Below are positions 53,468 to 62,562 of a stretch of 64,000 nt of DNA, one piece after another. This DNA is from Haplodiscus bocki (taxonomy: Eukaryota). Position 1 is the first letter of the stretch. Each line of letters starts with the position of its first letter. Below the pieces are notes generated by a model. The model did no database searches. It was not told the DNA's origin and saw nothing but the letters and a program-made list of their open reading frames with translations. The stretch is taken from the NCBI GenBank assembly GCA_965655095.1, contig OZ296648.1:166160001-166224000 (forward strand), given 5' to 3'. The position numbers were made by a program, and so were the translations under genes.

Positions 53468-53562
53468 ATTGTACGAGTATGGACGAGTGGTATAGATTTG
53501 GGACTCGGGTGATGAGGATTCGGGTTCAATCCCCGGTGACAGCGAAAAATTTTTCATTTTTT
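53468..53562 (+). ncRNA. tRNA-like Pol III unit (A box, B box, T-run terminator)
   Basis: TGGACGAGTGG; T-arm CGGG-TTCAATC-CCCG; then TTTTTCATTTTTT. The acceptor and anticodon stems are imperfect, so this is not a canonical tRNA. Confidence 0.5.
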
Positions 53563-53857
53563 AAAAAACCATTTTATTTTATAATTTTCAATTAGATTTA
53601 TCAGAAAAAGTAAAACAAGACGCAGATGTAAAAATCATAAAAAAATTAATTTTCTAAAAAATTTTTTGAATAGTCTTAGCAAGGAACAAAAACGTGAAGA
53701 AATTCATACACAAAAGCCATCTCAACGAGCAGGTGGTTATTGAATTGGTTTTTTACAATTTCTTTCATATGAAAAAAGCAGGTGGATATTAAAATATTCA
53801 TCCATGTACATTTCAAATGAGTAGAAAACCACCGCCATTTTAACATTTTCAATTTCT

Positions 53858-54165
53858 CATCAGACGTATACAACATATTTCACACTGGACTATCACATCA
53901 GACGTATACAACAAATTTCACATTGAACTATCACAACAGTATTGCCCAGAAGATATCACACACGATGATGATCAACTATCCACGAAACCCATACGACAAA
54001 AACGACTCGAGATCATGAAGATGACGGTATCAGAAGATATCACACACGATGATGATCAACTATCCACGAAACCATACGAGGAAAACGACTCAAGATGATG
54101 GTATCAGAAGATATCACACACGATGATGATCAACTATCCACAAAAACGACTCAAGATGATGGAAT
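53858..54165 (+). repeat. Short direct repeats (38-bp x2; ~75-85-bp x3)
   Basis: ATCAGACGTATACAACA x2; AGAAGATATCACACACGATGATGATCAACTATCCAC at ~53949, ~54032 and ~54106. Confidence 0.85.
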
Positions 54166-54314
54166 CATGGAAAAAGATAGTTTATTCGAAGACATCGTGT
54201 GTTATATTTTATATTTAATCGTTGGTGTGTTAAAATAAATGTAAGTTTTAGAATTTAATCTGGGGTATTGTGTTTTTGGGGAGGTTTTAGGATCCATTTA
54301 AACAAGATTTTGAC

Positions 54315-54782
54315 ATTATAGCATATCTTTATATGTTTAAGGAACCATTATAGCATATCTTTAAATGTTTAAGGAACCGTTCAAGCGATCTTTAACCATT
54401 ATAGCATATCTTTAAATGTTTAAGGAACCGTTCAAGCGATCTTTAACCATTATAGCATATCTTTAAATGTTTAAGGAACCGTTCAAGCGATCTTTAACCA
54501 TTATAGCATATCTTTAAATGTTTAAGGAACCGTTCAAGCGATCTTTAACCATTATAGCATATCTTTAAATGTTTAAGGAACCATTCAAGCGATCTTTAAC
54601 CATTATAGCATATCTTTAAATGTTTAAGGAACCGTTCAAGCGATCTTTAACCATTATAGCATATCTTTAAATGTTTAAGGAACCGTTCAAGCGATCTTTA
54701 ACCATTATAGCATATCTTTAAATGTTTAAGGAACCGTTCAAGCGAACTTTAACCATTATAGCATATCTTTAAATGTTTAAGG
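54315..54782 (+). repeat. 51-bp tandem repeat, ~9 copies
   Basis: Unit CCATTATAGCATATCTTTAAATGTTTAAGGAACCGTTCAAGCGATCTTTAA; starts at 54345, 54396, 54447 and onward. Confidence 0.97.
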
Positions 54783-54797
54783 ATAGGAAGCGAACTA

Positions 54798-55180
54798 CAC
54801 CCTATCTTAATACGTTACCGAAGTATACCCTATCTCAATACGTTACCGAAGTATACCCTATCTTAATACGTTGCCGAAGTATACCCTATCTTAATACGTT
54901 GCCGAAGTATACCCTATCTTAATACGTTGCCGAAGTATACCCTATTTTAATACGTTGCCGAAGTATACCCTATCTTAATACGTTGCCGAAGTATACCCTA
55001 TCTTAATACGTTACCGAAGTATACCCTATCTTAATACGTTGCCGAAGTATACCCTATCTTAATACGTTGCCGAAGTATACCCTATCTTAATACGTTGCCG
55101 AACTATACCCTATCTTAATACGTTGCCGAAGTATACCCTATCTTAATACGTTGCCGAAGTATACCCTATCTTAATACATT
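54798..55180 (+). repeat. 28-bp tandem repeat, ~14 copies
   Basis: Unit TACCCTATCTTAATACGTTGCCGAAGTA; no spacers. Confidence 0.97.
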
Positions 55181-55410
55181 ACGATCGATAGTCAATCAAA
55201 ATCGAGCACCCGAGTCGTCAACCAATCAGAATCGAGTATTACGTCAAGTATTAAAAAAATCGTCCGACAAAGCTGTTGAAAAATGCTGTTCAATGAAAAT
55301 ATTTTCGGAAAACAGTATTTGAATAAGTGTACATATACTATAACATCATTGTGGAATTATTATATGAATACCATTGACGACATGCAAGATGAAATGGATT
55401 TCTACGGTCA

Positions 55411-55965
55411 TTACAATGAGTTGTCGTCGTCATCGTTGTCGTAATTATAATTTGAATGAATTTTGCACAATTCCATTTTTTCAAAAGGCAAATCTGATTC
55501 AGGAACGTAAATTCCATTCAATATAGTATTGTAATCAATTTTATCCTTTTTAATAAAACTAAAATTCGGAGTCAACAAATAATAATTTTCTTTACCTATA
55601 GCAAAACTATAAGGACTCAAATTACGTCCCATATTCGAGATATATTCATATATGTTATCGCTAGTCAAAAAAGAGCATACCATATTTCCACCAAAATATA
55701 CATATTTATTTTTTCCATTTTCTATACCTACTTTAAGTAAAATAGTATTTCCATCGAAACAAGCCTTATTAAAAGCTCCTGACAAAGCTGTCATACTACA
55801 AGATCGACTTTTACCCAAAAATGTTTCCATTGGATTGACTGTGTATATAATATTTTTATCACTTTCAGAAACATCTTCAAATTGTTGTACTTGAACAAAT
55901 CCATTGTTTTCAAAAGTTACTGCATAACATTTACAATTATTTTCAGTGATATATATAACCGTCAT
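55411..55965 (-). CDS. Hypothetical viral protein resembling an NCLDV-type uncharacterised family
   Basis: Intact 184 aa with TAAATG start. Motif FDGNTILL...YVYFGG...YISNMGRNLSPYSFAIGKENYYLL. Confidence 0.7.
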   Translation of the reverse strand: MTVIYITENNCKCYAVTFENNGFVQVQQFEDVSESDKNIIYTVNPMETFLGKSRSCSMTALSGAFNKACFDGNTILLKVGIENGKNKYVYFGGNMVCSFLTSDNIYEYISNMGRNLSPYSFAIGKENYYLLTPNFSFIKKDKIDYNTILNGIYVPESDLPFEKMELCKIHSNYNYDNDDDDNSL

Positions 55966-55984
55966 TTATATAGAAAAAAAAACA

Positions 55985-56560
55985 TCATCTATTTCTTAAA
56001 ATTTCTTTGAAACTGGTATCAGGTTCTCTTGGTTTAGTATTCAACCAATCATCTCTAACACAAAAAACTAAACGATTATCATGAGTTATTACACCGAAAC
56101 CGTAGTATTTAAGTATTAGATATTCATAATAAGGAGCTTTACTGTATTCAAGTATTTTTAATTTTTCTGGATATTTATCAAGATTTTTGATCAGTGATGT
56201 TTCTAACATAGATTTAGGTTGTGATAGATAGTAATTAAAAGACATACCTTCTATATTTGAATGAAAATTAAACTCAATATTTACCACATCATCTTTATCA
56301 TAGTTTTTTAATAAGACACATTAGGGAAAACCTATGATTTTTTTGTTATTAATTTTACATACAATATAAAAAGAATGAACTTTCCGTTTATGTTCTTCAA
56401 ATATGTCGGAAAGAGTGTTATCAATTTCATTAATAACTATGTTTTCTTTTTTGTATATATATTTAACTCCAAACGCTTTTTTTAAATGACTATTAGTACG
56501 ACAATGCTTTCTGAAATATTTATCTGAATAATTTCTGTTACAATTCTGACAATGTCTCAT
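55985..56560 (-). pseudogene. C2H2-type zinc-finger protein, one internal stop
   Basis: MRHCQNC...HCRTNSH. ORFs 56321-56560 and 55985-56287 are in one frame joined by GFP*CVLLKNY. TAAATG start. Confidence 0.65.
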
Positions 56561-56564
56561 TTAA

Positions 56565-56723
56565 AAGAACATTAAAACGAATCTACTTGAAGAATATGTT
56601 AATTATGTTGATAACACAAAGAAGCAAAAGAAAAACTTATGGATATATTTAATTATAGTTTTATTTATAGTGTTTGTGTGTATTATTATAATAATATTCT
56701 TAGTGAAATATATAAATGGTTAA
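56565..56723 (+). pseudogene. Putative 52-aa single-pass membrane protein with mutated start
   Basis: (M)NIKTNLLEEYVNYVDNTKKQKKNLWIYLIIVFIYSVCVYYYIIFLVKYING*; AAG stands where ATG would complete CATTTAAATG. Confidence 0.4.
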
Positions 56724-57153
56724 TACTCCTTCTTTAAACGAGATAAATCAAAATTCTACTATGGACCCTAATATGTTAACTAAATATTATAAATTAAAAC
56801 TTATGAATGATTTTATGAATATTAAAAATCGAAATCCAAAAATGACACAATCAGAGATATCATCTCAATTAAACATGTCTCCTTCTAATATACAAAGATA
56901 TAGAAACGATATAAATATGCTTTCTCCATACAGAATTAACCCAAAAAACGTTAAAAAACAGCAAAAAAAGACCAAAATCGATAATAATGGTGACCTCAAA
57001 AGACCTCAATTGACCTCAAATGACCTCAAGACAACTTCAAATGTTAAAAAAACAAAATCAAAAAATGTTTTAAAAGCTGGATCTGTACAAGAAGAGAATA
57101 TTGAAATTAACGAACATTATTTAGACAAAATTCTTGAAAATAATGAAACTTGA
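56716..57153 (+). CDS. Helix-turn-helix DNA-binding protein
   Basis: NPKMTQSEISSQLNMSPSNIQRYRNDI; TAAATG start. Confidence 0.75.
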   Translation: MVNTPSLNEINQNSTMDPNMLTKYYKLKLMNDFMNIKNRNPKMTQSEISSQLNMSPSNIQRYRNDINMLSPYRINPKNVKKQQKKTKIDNNGDLKRPQLTSNDLKTTSNVKKTKSKNVLKAGSVQEENIEINEHYLDKILENNET

Positions 57154-57227
57154 ACTCTTATATGTGTAATTATAACTCAATATTTGTATTCGAATAGGAG
57201 TAATTATACCAATATATTTGTTTTTAA

Positions 57228-57563
57228 ATGGAGTTAGCTATGCAACTGATTTCTACTGATCAAGCGGTTAGAAACGATACTATACAAGATTTAAAAGATT
57301 TTAACCAACAATCACTATCAACACAAGCTAAAAAAGGTGAACAATTAACGAGTATGATGCCTGCTATCAAAAAAGCCTTCAACGTTTTAGGCGATGATAT
57401 AATTGATTTATCTACAGAAAATGATGTTTTGAAAAATCAAATAGGTGATTATGATCAAAAATGGTTAGAAGAATCAAAAGCAAAGCTATTAAAAGATATC
57501 AATGATGAAAAAAGAGCTAATTTAATTATGTCTAGAATGAAAAAACAGATGAATAAAAAATAA
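57228..57563 (+). CDS. Hypothetical coiled-coil protein
   Basis: Intact 111 aa, TAAATG start, helical heptad pattern. Confidence 0.7.
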   Translation: MELAMQLISTDQAVRNDTIQDLKDFNQQSLSTQAKKGEQLTSMMPAIKKAFNVLGDDIIDLSTENDVLKNQIGDYDQKWLEESKAKLLKDINDEKRANLIMSRMKKQMNKK

Positions 57564-57673
57564 ATAATTTGTGATTGATAATGTTTAATTGTACAAATAA
57601 GAAAAAATTACAAGAATTCTTATATGAATAATAGTATAAGTATTCGTATACTTGTATGTTTATTATTGTTTAA

Positions 57674-58087
57674 ATGGCTTATATATCGTATAACAAACTT
57701 TGGGAATCAGAATTTGATGGAATTGTTTCTAGAAGAGATAAATTGCAAGATTTAAATATCAATAATTTAAAACTTGAAGTATACGATACTTATAAAAAAG
57801 ATGAAAAAATAACAACAAATTTTGAACCTGTTGATAACGACGATGTTATAAACAAAGGTTACCTAGATTCAAAATTATTGAAAATAGATGGGCACATATC
57901 AAGATTAGAAAAAGATTACAATGAATTTAAATTACAATACAACAAACAAAATGTAGAAGATATTTTAGTTCAGAGAGCTGTAAAAACAACTATTCAAATA
58001 CTTTATGACAAAGGATTATTCGATAAATTTCAAAATGCTGAAGAAGTATTGAAATATTTTTTATTTACGACAAGACGAGATTCATGA
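57674..58087 (+). CDS. Hypothetical Polinton protein with DVINKGYLD motif and coiled coil
   Basis: Intact 137 aa; EPVDNDDVINKGYLD resembles the P....DA.NK.YVD fibre repeat; TAAATG start. Confidence 0.7.
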   Translation: MAYISYNKLWESEFDGIVSRRDKLQDLNINNLKLEVYDTYKKDEKITTNFEPVDNDDVINKGYLDSKLLKIDGHISRLEKDYNEFKLQYNKQNVEDILVQRAVKTTIQILYDKGLFDKFQNAEEVLKYFLFTTRRDS

Positions 58088-58299
58088 TAATTACAATTAT
58101 ACGAGTACTTATACTAAGGTATACTTACAATTATGCGAGTATTTATACATATGATTCACAATTGTGATAATATAATTATACGAGTACTTATACTGGGTTA
58201 TACTTACAATTATATGAATAAGTTTCTTGATTTAGAAGAAAATACATAAATACATATAATTTTAGGTATACTTATACATACATTTATATGAGTGTTTAA

Positions 58300-58710
58300 A
58301 TGATGACATTCAATGATTTTATTAAAAAACACAATTTGAAAAATAAAGCAACATCAAATATAAAAATTCAACAAGTACTTGATTCTATGAGATTAAACAA
58401 TGTTGGAATCTATTTAAGAGACGGATTGTTTTCAAGTGATATTGGTATTGTCAATTTACATCAATCTCGAGGTACTCATTGGGTTTGTTATATAAATGAA
58501 AATTACTTTGATAGTTATGGATGTGTACCTCCTAAAAAACTATCTAAATTTATTATAAAACGAAAAGGTTATTGTTTATATTCAGAACATCAGATTCAAA
58601 AAAATGATAGTTATTGTGCTAGTTATTGTTTATACATAATTTATTTGACAAAAGTGTTAGGAATTGATTTTAAATCAGCTGTTTTGAATTTGTATTATCA
58701 AATGATATAA
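58300..58710 (+). CDS. Adenain-like (Ulp1-fold) capsid maturation cysteine protease
   Basis: GTHWVCY (His), YFDSYG..PP (Asp), QIQKNDSYCASYC (Gln/Cys); intact. Confidence 0.92.
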   Translation: MMTFNDFIKKHNLKNKATSNIKIQQVLDSMRLNNVGIYLRDGLFSSDIGIVNLHQSRGTHWVCYINENYFDSYGCVPPKKLSKFIIKRKGYCLYSEHQIQKNDSYCASYCLYIIYLTKVLGIDFKSAVLNLYYQMI

Positions 58711-58878
58711 TAACTTCAATGGCATCAACTTCTAAAACGTTGAATTAAACTTTTACAACAAATGTAAGATATGTATACTTACATTTATATGAGTAAGTAT
58801 TACATCTGAAAACTGGTTTGTTAGAGAAGTTTCAAATAATGATGACATATTATAACGTTAACGTTTCTTTAATATTAA

Positions 58879-59052
58879 ATGGCATTGAGAAAAATAACTA
58901 TTGATAATAGCGTTCGATATATTCCAAAATCTGAACAGATGAGTGAAAATAAAACAAAAACAATTCCTCGTAAACAAAACAAAAAAATTTCACAAAACAA
59001 TAAAAAGTTTCTTAAAAATATTTCAGCATCAGGATTCAAACTCCTTAAATGA
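58879..59052 (+). CDS. Small basic protein, candidate genome-core protein
   Basis: Not in the ORF track. MALRKITIDNSVRYIPKSEQMSENKTKTIPRKQNKKISQNNKKFLKNISASGFKLLK*, TAAATG start, ATGA overlap with the next gene. Confidence 0.55.
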   Translation: MALRKITIDNSVRYIPKSEQMSENKTKTIPRKQNKKISQNNKKFLKNISASGFKLLK

Positions 59053-60117
59053 ATAATGAACTGTTACTTTTAATAAAAAAACATACAAATACTTTGATTG
59101 AACAAACAAAGACAAAACCTCAAGAAACACTCGAATTTAAAATGAATAAACAAAGACAAACTTTTTCTTTTAATCCTCCAATAAATTTGATTGAAGAGGA
59201 CAAATGGTTATTAGCAGTGTCTTCTTTTGAGTGTAAAAATTCTGTTTTTAATATAACTGATGAAAACAACTCATTTTCAAAAATTATACCAGGTCATTAT
59301 CAAAACAAAACCGATGAAAAAACTATTGACAATCTGAATGAATTATTAGAGCTTAAATCTCTTGAATTACATGTAGAAGAAGTTAAAAAACGTGGAAATA
59401 AAAAAAAATAGGAGATGTTGAATATCAGTTATCAGATTTTGATAATCAAAAATATAAAATAATTGAAGAATTAAAAAATGTTAAATACAATGATCTTGAA
59501 GATTTAGTTTACAGAATGCGACTATCTTATGATGAAATATTGAACATATTAGATCTGAAATATATTCCTACAAAAAGAACAGGTTATAGTTTGAATCCAG
59601 GTATTTATGAAGTAATTGATTTAAATGATACTTTAAAACATATTTTACCTGATAATGTAAAAGTAAACATTACAATAGATGATATTAGATTAAAATCGAA
59701 TTTAAAAATTAATCAGACTCTAATATTTACTAAAAGATCTTTCTTTTATACAATTCTAATTTTACACAATCAAGATCTTATCCACTAGATGATATAGATA
59801 GTCATTATCAATTGATTGCGGGATCATATAAAAGCGATAAACCAATTAACATTACAGGAATTGATAAAGTTCATTTGAAATGTGATTGTATACAAGGATC
59901 TATCATAAACGGTGTCAGAGAGTCTATTTTGTATTCATTTGCTTTATCATCACCTCCAGGTCATAAAATATATAAAGAACCAAGAGTAAAACTTTTTAAA
60001 AAGATAAATAAATCTGTTTTGTCTCATTTAACATTTTATTTTGAAGACGATGATCACAAACCTGTTGATTTTAATAATGAAACAATAAGTTTTACTTGTC
60101 AACTAATTAAAATATAA
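59049..60117 (+). pseudogene. Minor capsid (penton) protein paralog 1, two frameshifts
   Basis: FNPPI..W.LAVSS...NSVFNITDENN and KVHLKCDCIQGS...ILYSF...PPGHKIYKEP...DFNNETISFT. Frameshifts in the A-run at ~59400 and the T-run at ~59760. Confidence 0.8.
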
Positions 60118-60201
60118 TATTCATACTTGTATACATACAATTATTTTTGTACTTATAAGAAAGTATACGTACAATTATATTTGTATTTATACGAGTATTA
60201 A

Positions 60202-61296
60202 ATGGATTTAAATATGATACAACCTAAAAATAAAACAGAAGATTTATTACTATCAATAACTAAAAATTGTGAAACACTCCTTCAACAAACCCATACAAAA
60301 CCTCAAGAAACATTAGAATTTAAGATGACCAAACCAAGAGAAACGTTTCATTTCAAACCACCAATTCAGATCAAAGGTAATTGGATGATTGGATTAACTG
60401 ATTTAGAAGTATATAATAGTATTTTTAATTTAACAGAAGAGAATAACAAATTCGAACTTTATAAATTTCCAGATAAAAAAGCTGGTGCTGTTACATATGA
60501 AAAAGTCAGAGATGAAATTGAAAAAGATTTAGATATTGAAGATATTACAGCAGAAGATTTACAAGATGATATAATAGGTCCGATTATTATTGAAGAATAC
60601 GAAGAACAAGTAACAAAAAGAATGAATGATGAGCAATATATGAATATTTTGGCATTTTATACTAGTTCCGTATTTCAAGATTTCGAAAGTTTTCTCAGAA
60701 CACAAATTGATTTGGTTGAAGATGATATTAGATTGGTTTTAGATGAATACAATTCAAGTTTTATCACTTATGAATTAGAACCAGGTATTTACACTTTTAA
60801 AGATATTTCCGAAGCTCTTTTTAATATTCTCCAATCAGATTGTCCAGGTGATTGCAACGTTATTGTTATTGAACATGATGATATTAAAATGAAAACTAAA
60901 TTGGATGTAAAAGCTGGAATTATAGCCATAAGGTTTGATGAAATGTCATTCTTTAGTACTATCCTTGGTTTTACTGCTGGTTGGGATTATACACACTATA
61001 ATAAGTATATTAGTCAAAAAATTGTAAGCCTAAGTAATACTAATAAAATACACTTGAAATGTGATGTTATCGATGGATCAGTAGTCAATGGTCTGAGACA
61101 ACCGATATTATACAGTTTTGTATTAGACAAACCAAGTGGGTATAAAGTATTTTGCGAACCTGAAACAATTCATTATAAAAAATTAAATAAATCTGTTCTG
61201 AATACTATAACATTTTATTTAGAAGATGATAATAACGAAGAAGTTAATTTTAACGGAGAAACGTTGACTTTTACACTACAAATGATTAAAATTTGA
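60202..61296 (+). CDS. Minor capsid (penton) protein paralog 2, intact
   Basis: FKPPIQIKGNWMIGLTDLEVYNSIFNLTEENNKF...IHLKCDVIDGSVVNG.RQPILYSF...PSGYKVFCEP...VNFNGETLTFTL, the Polinton single-jelly-roll penton pattern. Confidence 0.85.
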   Translation: MDLNMIQPKNKTEDLLLSITKNCETLLQQTHTKPQETLEFKMTKPRETFHFKPPIQIKGNWMIGLTDLEVYNSIFNLTEENNKFELYKFPDKKAGAVTYEKVRDEIEKDLDIEDITAEDLQDDIIGPIIIEEYEEQVTKRMNDEQYMNILAFYTSSVFQDFESFLRTQIDLVEDDIRLVLDEYNSSFITYELEPGIYTFKDISEALFNILQSDCPGDCNVIVIEHDDIKMKTKLDVKAGIIAIRFDEMSFFSTILGFTAGWDYTHYNKYISQKIVSLSNTNKIHLKCDVIDGSVVNGLRQPILYSFVLDKPSGYKVFCEPETIHYKKLNKSVLNTITFYLEDDNNEEVNFNGETLTFTLQMIKI

Positions 61297-61363
61297 ACAA
61301 ACATGTTTACATACAATTATATGAGTACATTTATACAAGTAATTATATTTATTTGTGTTTTAA

Positions 61364-61776
61364 ATGAACTCTCAAAAATTTGAAAATAATAGTTATTGCG
61401 TTGGTGGCAAACACAAGTCTGGTACAAAAAATATCACTGGTGAAATAACAGTTAATAAAAAAACTGGTAGAGAGATTAAATTACTAGTTGGAAAATGTGT
61501 AATTTGTAATAGAAAAAATCTATGATCGTTTCTGATAATACTATTCAAGCAGAAGGATTAGATGATTTTTTCAAAATTTTGGGAAAGGTCTCTTCTAAAG
61601 CTGCTAAAAAATTGGCAAAAAATGCTCTCAAGAATCCATCTAGATTTCTCGAAATTGGTGCAAATGTAGCAACAGCGGCCGTTAGTAAAAATCCAAAAGC
61701 GGCTTTATCAGCATTACCCGAAGTAATTAATTTCTATCACACAGGTAAAGGTCTTTATCTTGGAAAATTTGTATAA
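61364..61776 (+). pseudogene. Zinc-ribbon plus amphipathic-helix protein (adenovirus pVI/pX-like), one frameshift
   Basis: MNSQKF..YCVGGKH...GKCVICNRK joins MIVSDNTIQAEG|LDDFFKILGKVSSKAAKKLAK...GKG|LYLGKFV if one A is added to the run at 61513-61518. Confidence 0.65.
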
Positions 61777-61851
61777 ACACTCATATTAGAGTACGAATAA
61801 TAACTATAATCACACATATAGGAGTAATTATTTGTATTTTTTATATAATAA

Positions 61852-62385
61852 ATGGAACAAAAATGTGAAAAATTATATCCCACAGCACCGTTATTAGAAA
61901 ATATTGATTTAGAAAAACGATTAGAAAAGAAAATAAATGATGTTAATAGTTTTAATAACCATATTAATAACATTAAAGAAATGATAACTTACTTCAAAGA
62001 GAAAAACCATAAATCCAAAAAGAAATATAAAAATTATAAAACTCTAAACACAGTATTAGAATCGGTAGACAGTATCTTTATCATCGGAGCAACATCAACT
62101 TCTATAACTCTATCGATAACTGGTGTTGGTTTGATTATTTTACCAATATCAGCTGGTATTGCTTGTACTCTATCATTAGGTAACAAAATATTACATAAAT
62201 TAATCATAAACAAATACAATGAATACAAAAAACTATATGAAAGAGATCAAAATACTATTAAATCTTTTGATAAATTATACAGAAAATCTTTACAAGATAA
62301 TGTAATCGATAAAAATGAATATGAAAGTCTATGTAAAATTTTTACTAAATATGTTGACGAAAACAAAAATGAATCTTTTTTATAA
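61852..62385 (+). CDS. Membrane protein with N-terminal LYPTAPL, coiled coil and hydrophobic hairpin
   Basis: Intact 177 aa; hydrophobic stretch SIFIIGATSTSITLSITGVGLIILPISAGIACTLSLG; TAAATG start. Confidence 0.8.
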   Translation: MEQKCEKLYPTAPLLENIDLEKRLEKKINDVNSFNNHINNIKEMITYFKEKNHKSKKKYKNYKTLNTVLESVDSIFIIGATSTSITLSITGVGLIILPISAGIACTLSLGNKILHKLIINKYNEYKKLYERDQNTIKSFDKLYRKSLQDNVIDKNEYESLCKIFTKYVDENKNESFL

Positions 62386-62464
62386 ATATGAATATAAAAA
62401 TAAAATTAAACTTTTTTAGTCATAATAAATTAAAATTTCAACCTAGAACTTAAAAAACGTTTAT

Positions 62465-62552
62465 GTTCAATGTTAATGTGAACCGTTCTGTTCGATTGTT
62501 CTGTTCAATGTAAATGTGAACTGTTCTGTTCAATGTAAATGTGAACTGTTCC
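62465..62552. repeat. ~24-bp imperfect palindromic repeat x3
   Basis: TGTTCAATGT(T/A)AATGTGAAC(C/T)GTTC repeated upstream of the ATPase. Confidence 0.8.
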
Positions 62553-62562
62553 TGTATTTTAA

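Noticed and set aside
54315-55180. CRISPR-like arrays (28-bp and 51-bp repeats)
   Set aside because: Units are head-to-tail with no unique spacers, and there are no cas genes.
59395-59415. Programmed frameshift in penton 1 (and at 61513)
   Set aside because: Simple homopolymer indels in an element that also has nonsense mutations; decay or sequencing error is more parsimonious.
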